From: an uncultured Pseudomonadales bacterium
GTDB lineage: Bacteria; Patescibacteriota; Microgenomatia; UBA1400; RBG-16-45-19
DNA length: 64,000 bases
Direction of reading: 5' to 3'
Assembly: GCA_964441155.1 (NCBI GenBank)
Contig: CAYYKL010000001.1
Coordinates: 88,393 to 152,392 of the forward strand
Shown here: piece after piece, positions 20,053 to 29,761 of the stretch
How the letters are laid out: every line of letters starts with the position of its first letter
Numbering within the stretch: position 1 is the stretch's first letter
The notes under the pieces: generated by a model
What the model was told of the DNA's origin: nothing
The model's input: only the letters and a program-made list of their open reading frames with translations
Database searches by the model: none
Program-made: the position numbers and the translations under genes

Positions 20053-20829
20053 ATGAAAAATAAAATATTAAACCCGCTGAGGCGGGCTATTCTTATCGCG
20101 GTTCACCAAAGTCGAGAAGGTCACATTCCAAGTGCATTGTCGATTTTAGACATCGTATGGGTATTGTATGACGGTATCCTACGGATTAACTCAACATCAG
20201 TATCTGACCCAAATCGTGATTTCTTTATATTGAGTAAGGGCCAAGCTTCGCTGGCGCTGTACACCGTGTTGGCAGAGAAAGGATTTATTACTCACGAGGA
20301 TGTTCAGCACTATTGCAATATTGATGGCATTTTAGGAGGACATCCGGATCGTACAAAAGTGCCTGGAGTTGAAGTGTCTACCGGATCTCTAGGCCATGGC
20401 TTTCCTATGGCAGTGGGCATTGCCCTGGGAAACCGACTAGCAAAACGCACTAATCGCACATTCGCATTAATTGGGGACGGAGAAGCAAATGAAGGCACAG
20501 TTTGGGAGGCAGCTCTCTTGGGTGCCCATCACAAACTTTCAAATTTAACATTGATTATTGATCATAACCACTCGACAGATCGGGCTTTAATGGTAGATGA
20601 TCTGGCTCAAAAATTTAATAGTTTCGGCTGGTGTGTTTTGGAAACCAATGGACATGACCACGCCCAGCTTGAAACTGCATTAACAACTACAGATCCCATT
20701 AAACCTATGGCTATTGTTGCCCACACAATAAAAGGCCACGGCATTCCTGAAATGGAAAATAATTGGTCCTGGCATCATAAAGCACCGACCGATGATGAGT
20801 TATCCGTTTTCTTGAAGGAATTGAAATGA
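20053..20829 (+). CDS. Transketolase, N-terminal (TPP-binding) subunit
   Basis: HIPSALS...GHPDR...GSLGHGFPMAVGIALG...ALIGDGEANEGTVWEAAL...IIDHN, the classic split-transketolase N half. Confidence 0.85.
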   Translation: MKNKILNPLRRAILIAVHQSREGHIPSALSILDIVWVLYDGILRINSTSVSDPNRDFFILSKGQASLALYTVLAEKGFITHEDVQHYCNIDGILGGHPDRTKVPGVEVSTGSLGHGFPMAVGIALGNRLAKRTNRTFALIGDGEANEGTVWEAALLGAHHKLSNLTLIIDHNHSTDRALMVDDLAQKFNSFGWCVLETNGHDHAQLETALTTTDPIKPMAIVAHTIKGHGIPEMENNWSWHHKAPTDDELSVFLKELK

Positions 20830-21707
20830 GAAAACAATTCGCAAGCACTGTCGGCGAATTGATGGGTCAGAATGAACGAGTGGTAACCTTGTTGGGTGAT
20901 ATTGGAGTGTGGGGTTTTAACCAAGTGTTTACAGACTATCCGGAGCGCATATACAACGTTGGTATACTCGAGCAAGCCACTATTAGCATGGCGGCTGGGC
21001 TGGCATTAACTGGGTTTATTCCGGTAGTTCATACCATTGCCCCTTTCTTGGTTGAGCGTGCTTTGGAACAACTAAAAGATGATTTTGGCTATCAGCACTT
21101 GGGTGGCAACTTTGTGAGCGTGGGAGCTTCGTATGATTACGCTAGCCTAGGCTGCACTCATCATTGTCCGGCGGATGTAGGCATCTTGAGTCGGATTCCG
21201 GGCATGGAGATTATTGTGCCGGGTACGGCAGTAGAATTTGATCAATTGTTTCGTTTTTACTATGACGACGGCAATCCAACCTATTTCCGATTAAGCGAAC
21301 GTAGTAATACCGAAAGTAATTTTACAGAACCTGGCAAGGCTGTGGCGATTCAATCAGGAAAGCAAGCCACTATTGTGTGCGTGGGACCAACTCTCGATCG
21401 AGTGATGGAAGCTGCGACGAACAAAGATGTTGGTGTTATATACTACTCAGTGGTCAAACCATTTGATGCAGAAACCTTACGAGAAACAACATATTCAGAT
21501 AAAGTACTGTTGGTTGAACCCTATTATGAGGGCGTATTAACCAGTGAGGTGACTCGAGCATTTTATCCGAAAGCAATTAAACTTGACTACATGGGAGTGC
21601 CACACACCTTTTTGCATAATTATGGCAATGCTGAGCAGCATGACGCGCAAATTAACTTAACTGCCGATGCGATAGCCAATCGCCTAGAAAGGTTGATTCA
21701 TGCATAA
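20826..21707 (+). CDS. Transketolase, C-terminal (pyrimidine-binding) subunit
   Basis: 293 aa with GYQHLGGNFVSVGASYDY and a transketolase C-terminal half. 4-bp overlap with the N-terminal subunit. Confidence 0.8.
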   Translation: MRKQFASTVGELMGQNERVVTLLGDIGVWGFNQVFTDYPERIYNVGILEQATISMAAGLALTGFIPVVHTIAPFLVERALEQLKDDFGYQHLGGNFVSVGASYDYASLGCTHHCPADVGILSRIPGMEIIVPGTAVEFDQLFRFYYDDGNPTYFRLSERSNTESNFTEPGKAVAIQSGKQATIVCVGPTLDRVMEAATNKDVGVIYYSVVKPFDAETLRETTYSDKVLLVEPYYEGVLTSEVTRAFYPKAIKLDYMGVPHTFLHNYGNAEQHDAQINLTADAIANRLERLIHA

Positions 21708-22716
21708 GCTGAGTCAGTTTTTGTTAGACGATGCGCGCAGCATTGGGGAACGGGTAGACTGGACCCCGCTGGATGGCAAGTCATTGATGATAACGGGTGC
21801 TTCAGGCTTGATCGGACACTACTTACTTGCTTCTCTGACTCATGCTCGAGAAAGCCATGATTTTACTGTGATTGCAGTGTTTCATAGTGAACCGGAGCCA
21901 TATTTGCAAAACATTTTGTCAAAGATCAGCGCCACTGTGTATGTAGGGGATTTGACCGATGAAACTTTATTTTCACAATTACCCCAGTCTGACATGATTA
22001 TTCATGCCGCAGGCTATGGACAACCGGGCCGATTTTTGGAAAATAAATCCAAAACGCTCAAGTTAAATACGTTTGCAACTTTTAAATTGCTTGATTTGCT
22101 TAATCCAAGGGGGCGATTTTTGTTTGTGAGCAGTAGTGAAATTTACAGTGGCTCTCCAAATTCTCCCTACAAAGAAGCAAATATTGGCACTACCACACCA
22201 CTACATCCTCGAGCCTGCTACATTGAGGGAAAACGCGCGGGTGAAACTATAAGCCTTAATTATAGTCGTGAACATGTATCTACGGTGGTTACCCGACTAT
22301 CATTAGCGTATGGACCCGGTACAAAACGACATGATCAGCGCGTTTTGAACAACTTCATTGAAAAAGGCTTAGGTGGCAAGATTGAACTTATGGATGCAGG
22401 CGTAGCTTTACGAACGTATGTGTATGTCACTGATGCGGTTGAAATGTTGTGGAAGATGTTATTGTCTGGCAAAGAACTTGTATATAACTTGGGCGGACAT
22501 TCGCGCTCATCAATTGCTGACCTAGCAAAACTAATTGGAGACTTGATGCAGGTTCCTGTGCTTGTGCCAAAAGTCAGCCAAACAGTATCCGGTGCGCCCG
22601 ACGACGTGTCGCTTGATATGACTCTGGCAGAAAACGAGTTTGGTAAACCTGATTATGTAACGATAGAAGAAGGTTTGAAACGCACCATTGCTTGGCAAAG
22701 GATGATCTATTCATGA
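21700..22716 (+). CDS. NAD-dependent epimerase/dehydratase (extended SDR)
   Basis: LMITGASGLIGHYL glycine-rich motif, SSSEIY, and YIEGKR (YxxxK). Substrate unknown, and it is not a canonical Gmd. Confidence 0.65.
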   Translation: MHKLSQFLLDDARSIGERVDWTPLDGKSLMITGASGLIGHYLLASLTHARESHDFTVIAVFHSEPEPYLQNILSKISATVYVGDLTDETLFSQLPQSDMIIHAAGYGQPGRFLENKSKTLKLNTFATFKLLDLLNPRGRFLFVSSSEIYSGSPNSPYKEANIGTTTPLHPRACYIEGKRAGETISLNYSREHVSTVVTRLSLAYGPGTKRHDQRVLNNFIEKGLGGKIELMDAGVALRTYVYVTDAVEMLWKMLLSGKELVYNLGGHSRSSIADLAKLIGDLMQVPVLVPKVSQTVSGAPDDVSLDMTLAENEFGKPDYVTIEEGLKRTIAWQRMIYS

Positions 22717-23477
22717 AAGCTCTTCTTTTTGATATCCGATATCACTTGATTCGGTGGTGGAACCGACAAATACGCCGTCAGGCGATTCAGGATGATTTTG
22801 ACTGGAGCGAGTATCATATCCATTATTTGGGCGAGCTTGAAGATACCAAAAACAAAGTGACTCATCGATTGAAAAAAGGAGACTATATTTTTGTCAATGG
22901 CAGTTTAAAAAAGAAAAAGAAAGTCTTACCGCTCCATCCCAATCATAGACTGCTCTACGAAACGTTATTGCAGCTCAAGTCAGAAAGTATTTTGGAAGTT
23001 GGCAGTGGTGGCGGTGATCATTTATGGAATATGAGCCTGTTATCGCCCAAGCTTAAATTGTATGGTGTGGATTTATTAAAAACACAATTGGAGTTGCAAA
23101 AACGACGTTCTCCTACGCTGAAAGCCATGATCAAGCAAAGAGACATCACGTTACCATATTCGAAAGAAATACCTTCCGTTGATTGCGTATATTCTCAAGC
23201 AGTGATTATGCATATTCATGCTGGCAATGGTCACTTGGTAGCGTTGAGTAATATGTTTCAGGCTGCAATGAATCAAGTTGTGCTTATGGAAAATTGGGGC
23301 AAGCATCAGTTTATGTCAGACATTCTGATGTTACATAAACATGGCATGATTCCTTGGAATACAGTGTACTTTTATTTCCGCCGTTCACCAGAGCTAGGAA
23401 ACGTGCCACATTTAATGGTAGTGTCTCGTGTTAAGCTTGATTACGAACCGCTTACTGATTACCAACTGCTGGCTTGA
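22713..23477 (+). CDS. Class I SAM-dependent methyltransferase
   Basis: ILEVGSGGGDHL (motif I) and LYGVDL. The track ORF starts at a TTG at 22692. The ATG at 22713 gives a 4-bp overlap with the upstream stop. Confidence 0.5.
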   Translation: MKALLFDIRYHLIRWWNRQIRRQAIQDDFDWSEYHIHYLGELEDTKNKVTHRLKKGDYIFVNGSLKKKKKVLPLHPNHRLLYETLLQLKSESILEVGSGGGDHLWNMSLLSPKLKLYGVDLLKTQLELQKRRSPTLKAMIKQRDITLPYSKEIPSVDCVYSQAVIMHIHAGNGHLVALSNMFQAAMNQVVLMENWGKHQFMSDILMLHKHGMIPWNTVYFYFRRSPELGNVPHLMVVSRVKLDYEPLTDYQLLA

Positions 23478-23485
23478 GGAGAAGA

Positions 23486-24253
23486 ATGAAATTGATGGGA
23501 TTTGATGTTCCACTCAAACCTTTTTTGCCGCCTATCTTACACGATCGGTTGGTAGGTAGTTATTCACAAATAAAAGGCAGTGAACTACAAAAAAAAGGTT
23601 TTAATGCCGAGAAGAAAGAGCCTTTCATTCACTCTCGCTTTAACTCATTTAGTGGACCTCAACACGAAGATTTATTAGTTGATTATCTGCTTGGCTTTCC
23701 GAAAAAGGGCTTTTACGTAGATGTAGGCGCCAATGATCCAGATTTTTTAGGCCACACACAAAGGTTTTATAATAAGGGCTGGAGAGGAATTAACATTGAA
23801 CCCCAAAAAAAATTATGGCACAAACTAAATAAAAAAAGAGCTGAAGACATCAATCTATGCTTAGCAGTTGCTAATGAGTCAGGGACCAAAACTTTCTACT
23901 CCTTACCTCACAGAAACGACGGCTCATCACTAAACTTGACTATGGCTGAGCTTAATAGCAGCTGGCACCACGCAGAAATTCAACCAATAGAGGTATCTGT
24001 CCAGCCATTAAGTGCACTTTTCACTAAATATTTAAAAACTAGTACCATTGATTTCATGTCTGTTGATGTAGAAGGATATGAATTATCGGTGCTGGAAAGT
24101 AATGATTGGGATCGATTCCGCCCTACACTACTCATAGTAGAAATTGCACATTTCAATAACAACAAAATTATTTCTTACCTTAAAAAGCAAGGTTACACAC
24201 TTTTGTATAATAATTATGTTAATGGTATTTTTATGGATCAGGCTTGTATTTGA
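23486..24253 (+). CDS. FkbM-family methyltransferase
   Basis: GFYVDVGANDPDFLGHTQRFYNKGWRGINIEPQ matches the Methyltransf_21/FkbM motif. The track start at 23474 is TTG. Confidence 0.7.
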   Translation: MKLMGFDVPLKPFLPPILHDRLVGSYSQIKGSELQKKGFNAEKKEPFIHSRFNSFSGPQHEDLLVDYLLGFPKKGFYVDVGANDPDFLGHTQRFYNKGWRGINIEPQKKLWHKLNKKRAEDINLCLAVANESGTKTFYSLPHRNDGSSLNLTMAELNSSWHHAEIQPIEVSVQPLSALFTKYLKTSTIDFMSVDVEGYELSVLESNDWDRFRPTLLIVEIAHFNNNKIISYLKKQGYTLLYNNYVNGIFMDQACI

Positions 24254-24264
24254 AGGAATTTAAT

Positions 24265-25191
24265 ATGCATAAATCAATTACGCTGGTTACCGGATCAAAG
24301 GGATTACTGGGCAACGCATTGCGGTCGCTAAAGCCTCACAACACCATTTTCCTAGATAGAGAAGATGTAGACCTCAGAGATTTTAATGCTACTAAAACTT
24401 TATTTCACTACCTGAAGCCAGATCGTATTATCCATTTGGCGGCAGTTGTGGGAGGCTTGGGCAGCAACATGATCCATTCCGGAGAGTATTTTCGCAGCAA
24501 CATCGCTATCAATACAAATGTGCTTGAGTCTGCAAGATTGGCTGGTACGAAAAAATTGATATCGTATATGTCCACATGTGTGTTTCCGGAAAATGCGGCA
24601 TACCCTCTTAATGAGAAGGACTTGCATAACGGAGCTCCTCATCCATCTAATTTTGGCTATGCCTACGCAAAACGAATGCTAGAAGTCCAAAGCAGTGCCT
24701 ATCGGCGAGAATGGCAGTGCGATTACATTATTGCCATTCCGACCAATATGTATGGACCGCATGATTATTGGAGTTTGGAGAATGGCCATGTCGTGCCCTC
24801 TTTAATTCATAAGTGTTACTTAGCTAAGAAAAATAAGACTTCTCTGACTATTTGGGGGAGTGGCAAACCACTTCGTGAATTTGTATTTGCACGCGATATT
24901 GCTCAACTCAGTCTATGGGCGTTAGATGAATACGAAGAAGCGGCACCCATCATTTTATCGTCTGGAGAAGAAATTAGCATTAGAGATTTGGTAGACCTAA
25001 TCGTGCAACTAATGAAGTTTAAAGGAAAAGTTCATTTTGATTTGGATAAACCAGATGGACAGATCAGAAAGCCATCAGATGTTGGCAAGCTGAAGCAGCA
25101 TTTACCACATTTCAAATTCACCCCAATCGAGGTTGGTTTACAAGAGACAATCGAGTGGTTTGAGAGTCATTACCCAGACGTAAGATTGTAA
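24265..25191 (+). CDS. GDP-L-fucose synthase-like SDR (second Fcl paralog)
   Basis: ITLVTGSKGLLG...CVFPE...FGYAYAKRMLEV...NMYGPHDYWSLENGHVVPSLI...IWGSGKPLREFVFARD...DKPDGQIRK. The track start at 24244 is TTG. The ATG at 24265 has AAGGAA 7 nt upstream. Confidence 0.75.
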   Translation: MHKSITLVTGSKGLLGNALRSLKPHNTIFLDREDVDLRDFNATKTLFHYLKPDRIIHLAAVVGGLGSNMIHSGEYFRSNIAINTNVLESARLAGTKKLISYMSTCVFPENAAYPLNEKDLHNGAPHPSNFGYAYAKRMLEVQSSAYRREWQCDYIIAIPTNMYGPHDYWSLENGHVVPSLIHKCYLAKKNKTSLTIWGSGKPLREFVFARDIAQLSLWALDEYEEAAPIILSSGEEISIRDLVDLIVQLMKFKGKVHFDLDKPDGQIRKPSDVGKLKQHLPHFKFTPIEVGLQETIEWFESHYPDVRL

Positions 25192-25193
25192 TT

Positions 25194-26123
25194 ATGGCCA
25201 AGCAAATTCGATTAGTAGCTACAGATTTTGAGAGAGCATTTGGGAGCCCACTTTCTCGTAGAGTCAAGCAGAGGTTGGAACAAAAGCGCATAGTGTTGGA
25301 GCCATTGTCAATTACAGAGAGAGACCACGTCATTCAACAAATAATCAATACTTTGCTAGATCCCAGCATCATACCGGCTGGCAAACATCGCCGATCTCAA
25401 TGGGAAACGGGCTGGAGAGAAAATCTGATCCTGTATCAAGAAACTAATAGCTTGACTACTATACTACCTCGTTATTTTGGCAAGTATCCTTATGTAAGAT
25501 TTGAAGGTGAGTTTTTTCGAACAGCACATGATAATACAGAATATCTCATGCTTGAAGTGTTGTTGGATTGGTTGTTTGACAAATACCTAGCGAATAAACC
25601 AGTTGTGTATGAATTCGGTTGTGGAACTGGTCATAACTTATTACGATTGAGAGAAATCAATTTAGATGCGGAGCTATGGGGACTAGATTGGGCTGAGTCC
25701 TCTCAGAAAATACTGTCAGAATATGTTTCCAAAGGCATGATCACTAAACTTAATGCCAATAAATTTGATTATTTTGAACCAGATTATAACTTCAACCTAG
25801 CACCTGAATCAGCTCTGTTTACCGTGGCTTCCTTAGAACAAATTGGGAATCAGTATGTCCCGTTTGTTGATTACGTGTTACAGAAAAAGCCTTCCTTGTG
25901 CTTACATATTGAGCCAATGGCAGAACTCCTTGATTCCAATCGACTGCCAGATTTTCTGTCAATTGCATACTTTAGCAAGCGCAATTATTTGTCTGGATAC
26001 GTTGAGTATTTAAAAAAACTTGAGAGTGAGGACAAGCTAGAGATTCTTCTAGCTCAACGATCTAACATTGGCAGTATGTTTGTTGATGGATACTCAATTG
26101 TTGTTTGGCGCCCACTTCAATAA
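25194..26123 (+). CDS. Class I SAM-dependent methyltransferase
   Basis: VVYEFGCGTGHNLLRL (motif I) and LWGLDWAE. Confidence 0.55.
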   Translation: MAKQIRLVATDFERAFGSPLSRRVKQRLEQKRIVLEPLSITERDHVIQQIINTLLDPSIIPAGKHRRSQWETGWRENLILYQETNSLTTILPRYFGKYPYVRFEGEFFRTAHDNTEYLMLEVLLDWLFDKYLANKPVVYEFGCGTGHNLLRLREINLDAELWGLDWAESSQKILSEYVSKGMITKLNANKFDYFEPDYNFNLAPESALFTVASLEQIGNQYVPFVDYVLQKKPSLCLHIEPMAELLDSNRLPDFLSIAYFSKRNYLSGYVEYLKKLESEDKLEILLAQRSNIGSMFVDGYSIVVWRPLQ

Positions 26124-26133
26124 AAGGCTATTT

Positions 26134-26982
26134 ATGTCTCACTCGCCATTTGTTTCCCTTGTAATTGTGACATTTGGTAGGTCAGATTATTTGGAACAAC
26201 TAATTGGTTCTATTCGTGAAACCTCACCTTCACATGAGCGCGAAGTAATAGTGGTTTCTTCAGACCCCAGAGAAAGCAAGAAAGCGAAATGGCTGAGGCA
26301 ACAAAAAGACCTTGTTACGTTATTTGTTGATGAGCGGCTACCTGGCCAGACACGTAAAAAAAGCTTATATTACTATACCAATTACGGTCTTAAAGCGGCT
26401 AAGGGAGAGTGGTTATTCGTCCTAAACGACGACATGAAAATGTCGAAGAATTGGTTTAGAGAGCTAAAATCCACAGTCAGCCAACATTCAAATGTGGGCA
26501 TGATAATTACCGCTAGCCATATTGGCGCAACTAACCTGGGACCTCGAATTCCAATAATAGGAAAGGTGCGCCAAAAAAATGACTCTTGGCGAAATATTTA
26601 TTTAGCTGATGTAGCAGTTATCCGCTCTAATGTGCTGGAATCAGTGGGTTATTTTGATGAACATATGGATTGGTATGGCAGCGGAGTTGATAATTCTTTA
26701 AAAATCGAATTACTCTCTGAATACCAGGTTATAACCAATTCAAAAATTGTGATCGACCACTTCATTGCCAGTGAATTAAGAGAGGTTAATAGAGGAACAG
26801 CATTTTGGGATTTTAATTATATTCACCGAAAATGGCAAAAGTGGGGTAAAAAGAACTCCGTGGAAATTCAAGTTACTTTGGGAACAAAACCCTATAGCAT
26901 CCTTTCGGTATCAAGCCAGGTTGCTCAAGATTTAAACCATTTGGTTTTTCGCTGGATTAAGCAATGGCTTAGTCGCCTATGA
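26134..26982 (+). CDS. Glycosyltransferase family 2
   Basis: VSLVIVTFGRSDYLEQLIGSI...VIVVSSDP...VLNDDMKM. The ATG at 26134 follows the upstream stop at 26123. Confidence 0.65.
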   Translation: MSHSPFVSLVIVTFGRSDYLEQLIGSIRETSPSHEREVIVVSSDPRESKKAKWLRQQKDLVTLFVDERLPGQTRKKSLYYYTNYGLKAAKGEWLFVLNDDMKMSKNWFRELKSTVSQHSNVGMIITASHIGATNLGPRIPIIGKVRQKNDSWRNIYLADVAVIRSNVLESVGYFDEHMDWYGSGVDNSLKIELLSEYQVITNSKIVIDHFIASELREVNRGTAFWDFNYIHRKWQKWGKKNSVEIQVTLGTKPYSILSVSSQVAQDLNHLVFRWIKQWLSRL

Positions 26983-28019
26983 AAAAAAGAGTTTCCTTTC
27001 TAGTTAAAGACGAATGTTTTCTTAATAACAGATTTTTTGCTCGAAATGATTCGCTTATGCGCGATGGACTGAATGATAGGTATATTGCATTCTATGACTT
27101 ATTAACAAAATTTGACATTGAGATCGGGACTCAAGATTTAGTAGACCCCAGGAGCGCAGATCTGGTAATCATGCATGATTTTAGTCCAAAACTTTGGAAT
27201 TTGATTCCCAACAAAAAAAATATTAAGAAGTACCTTTTGGCATATGAGCCACAGGTGGTCAACAACGATAATTGGAAAACAAGCACGTTAGCGCTTTTTG
27301 ATAGGGTTTTTACCTGGAATTTAAAGCTCATCAACAATAAACATGTAATTTGGCTTCCCCTGAGCATGCGTCTCGAATTTGCTGAAGCTAATTGGGAACA
27401 GTTTAGACAAAGGATTTTTTGCGGTTCTGTATATAGTTTTAAACCAAGCTCAAAAAAGAATTCTCTCTATAATAATCGACTTTTTGATACTCTATCTCTT
27501 TCTAGATTAAATCCAGGTCAAGTGCATTTATATGGCCAGGGTTGGAGCCGTATTGCCGAAAATAACCTCAACATAATCGGAAAGTTATCATTGTTATTCC
27601 AGTTAAGAGGATTTCTACCATCAGAAATAATGTCTATTTATCGCGGCACTATAGAGAAGAAAAACCCAACGCTGAGACAATATAAATTTAGTTTATGTTA
27701 TGAAAATATGAGCGGTGTTTCTGGATTTGTGACAGAAAAACTTTTTGACGTAATGAAGGCAGGATCTATCCCAATATATCTAGGCGCACAAGATATAACT
27801 GACCTCGTACCCGAAAGCTGTTATATTGACAGACGAAAATTCAGATCAATCGGCAATCTAAATTCCCATCTTCACTCATTTAATTCAGAAGATTACAACT
27901 ACATGCTGATGGCTCAGGAAAAATTTGTAAAAAGTCATTTTGGAAATATCTTTCAAGCTTCAACTTGGGCAAAGACTTTAGGGGAATGGTTATTGCGTGA
28001 TTTGGATCTCGAGCAGTAG
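26979..28019 (+). CDS. Alpha-1,3-fucosyltransferase (GT10)
   Basis: YKFSLCYENMSGVSGFVTEKLFDVMKAGSIPIYLG is near-identical in pattern to the H. pylori FutA/FutB motif YKFNLCFEN..GYGYVTEKI.DAYFSHTIPIYWG. Confidence 0.75.
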   Translation: MKKRVSFLVKDECFLNNRFFARNDSLMRDGLNDRYIAFYDLLTKFDIEIGTQDLVDPRSADLVIMHDFSPKLWNLIPNKKNIKKYLLAYEPQVVNNDNWKTSTLALFDRVFTWNLKLINNKHVIWLPLSMRLEFAEANWEQFRQRIFCGSVYSFKPSSKKNSLYNNRLFDTLSLSRLNPGQVHLYGQGWSRIAENNLNIIGKLSLLFQLRGFLPSEIMSIYRGTIEKKNPTLRQYKFSLCYENMSGVSGFVTEKLFDVMKAGSIPIYLGAQDITDLVPESCYIDRRKFRSIGNLNSHLHSFNSEDYNYMLMAQEKFVKSHFGNIFQASTWAKTLGEWLLRDLDLEQ

Positions 28020-28021
28020 TC

Positions 28022-28837
28022 TCAATTTTTGGCACGATTTTGTTTCTTTGCGACAACATGAATTCCATAGCTAAGAATTTCTTCTGTGTTTTGAGAGTGC
28101 GTTGAAAATTGATGCAAAGTTCTGAGAACAATCAGTCTAGCAATCGCAAAAAGCCAATTAGTCTTGTAAGCTGATTTGCTGTGTCGATGTTGAAAAATTT
28201 CCATCCTTCTTAATTCTTGTGCCAGATATTCAAAGTAATTCCCGTTAAATGTTAGCTCTAAGATGTTAAATCCATTTTTCTCGAGAACGTATTGATACCA
28301 ATATTTGCTCAGTCCTGTTTGAAAAAAATATGGCGCATAGTGGGTCAGAGAACAAATTGGTGCAGTGATTATTAGCTTTCCATCGGGTTTTAATATTCGA
28401 GAAAATTCTTGGATCGCTTTAACTGGCTCTGGTACGTGTTCAAGAACTTCTATGCACATGATTGCATCAAAAGTGCCTGCACCAACTGGAATGGCTGTAA
28501 TATCAGAGACAATATCTAGTTTTGAATTATCCCAACTACTGGTTTGCATCCCTTCATGATTCCCCTTGCCATCATATTGACCAAAGTCTTGGCTGGTGTA
28601 ACGCAAATGGCTACAGTAGGGTTTGTATTTCAGCTCTCCTGCGCCGGCGTCTAATATAGTCAATCCTTTGGGTAATTTTTTCAGCGTTTTTTCTAGCCAA
28701 GCTTCTCTAAAGCGTGTGTTGGTCGTGCCAATTGGACTGGTAATTTTTTCGAAGATTTTTGCTTTTATTCCACTAATAACGTTCATATAAATTTTCATTA
28801 TATTCAGATTTAACAACAACACTTTATAATGTAGCAT
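28022..28837 (-). CDS. Class I SAM-dependent methyltransferase
   Basis: LTILDAGAGELKY (motif I) and CIEVLEHVPEP (Methyltransf_11/23-like). Confidence 0.6.
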   Translation of the reverse strand: MLHYKVLLLNLNIMKIYMNVISGIKAKIFEKITSPIGTTNTRFREAWLEKTLKKLPKGLTILDAGAGELKYKPYCSHLRYTSQDFGQYDGKGNHEGMQTSSWDNSKLDIVSDITAIPVGAGTFDAIMCIEVLEHVPEPVKAIQEFSRILKPDGKLIITAPICSLTHYAPYFFQTGLSKYWYQYVLEKNGFNILELTFNGNYFEYLAQELRRMEIFQHRHSKSAYKTNWLFAIARLIVLRTLHQFSTHSQNTEEILSYGIHVVAKKQNRAKN

Positions 28838-28863
28838 ACTGATTCTGTTACTAAAGGTTGAAC

Positions 28864-29760
28864 ATGATTATTGTTGGATTGGCTGGTGGACTGGGAAACC
28901 AGATGTTTCAGTTCGCTTTAGGATATCGATTGGCATTAGACCGAGCAGTGCCCTTGGCATTTGATGTATCGGGTTTGCACAACCCAACAATAGTGGCCAG
29001 AAATTTTAGCTTGGGTGTATTTGGAATAAAAAAAACTATTGCTCCAGAAAATGTTATTCAAAGATATCGTTATGGGTCTTTATTTCCAAACCGGCCGTAT
29101 ATTCACTCCTTAATAGATTCGGTTTTTCCATTGAAAAGAAAATCCTATAAACAAGAATCTGGACTTGGCTTTGATAGCTCAGTATTCGGTCTGGGAAAGA
29201 ATGTCTATCTCCAGGGTTATTGGCAAAGTGAGCAATATTTCCTAGACCGAGAATCATACATTAGAAAAGCATTGAGTTTTACCCCTACGCTTCAAGAAAA
29301 TATTCGCGATTGGGAAGCCAAAATATCCAATTCTCATTCTGTTGCTGTGCATGTGAGAAGAGGGGATTACGTTACCGATCCTAAAGCGAATGCAATTAAT
29401 GGTGTGTTAGAGACGAAATATTACATGAGAGCAAGTGAGTTTTTGGAAAAAACAATTAAACACCGAACCAGAAATTCCTCCAATCAACTTGAGTATTTTG
29501 TTTTTTCGGATGATCTACATTGGGCTCAGAAAAACATTACTTTTAAAGGCAAAACTCATTTTGTCGAAACCAAGATTGATTATGAGGATATGAGGTTGAT
29601 GAGCCTGTGTCGGCATCAAATAATCGCCAACAGCACGTTTAGCTGGTGGAGTGCATGGCTTAATAAAAATGGTGATAAGATCGTTGTAGCTCCAAAAAAT
29701 TGGTTTATGGCGCCACTTTCGAATCCTGACTTAATCCCAAACAGCTGGATGCAATTGTAA
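28864..29760 (+). CDS. Alpha-1,2-fucosyltransferase (GT11)
   Basis: N-terminal IIVGLAGGLGNQMFQFALGYRLA, then VAVHVRRGDY, then IIANSTFSWWSAWL. All three GT11 motifs are collinear with H. pylori FutC / E. coli WbsJ. The track start at 28858 is TTG. Confidence 0.85.
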   Translation: MIIVGLAGGLGNQMFQFALGYRLALDRAVPLAFDVSGLHNPTIVARNFSLGVFGIKKTIAPENVIQRYRYGSLFPNRPYIHSLIDSVFPLKRKSYKQESGLGFDSSVFGLGKNVYLQGYWQSEQYFLDRESYIRKALSFTPTLQENIRDWEAKISNSHSVAVHVRRGDYVTDPKANAINGVLETKYYMRASEFLEKTIKHRTRNSSNQLEYFVFSDDLHWAQKNITFKGKTHFVETKIDYEDMRLMSLCRHQIIANSTFSWWSAWLNKNGDKIVVAPKNWFMAPLSNPDLIPNSWMQL

Positions 29761-29761
29761 T

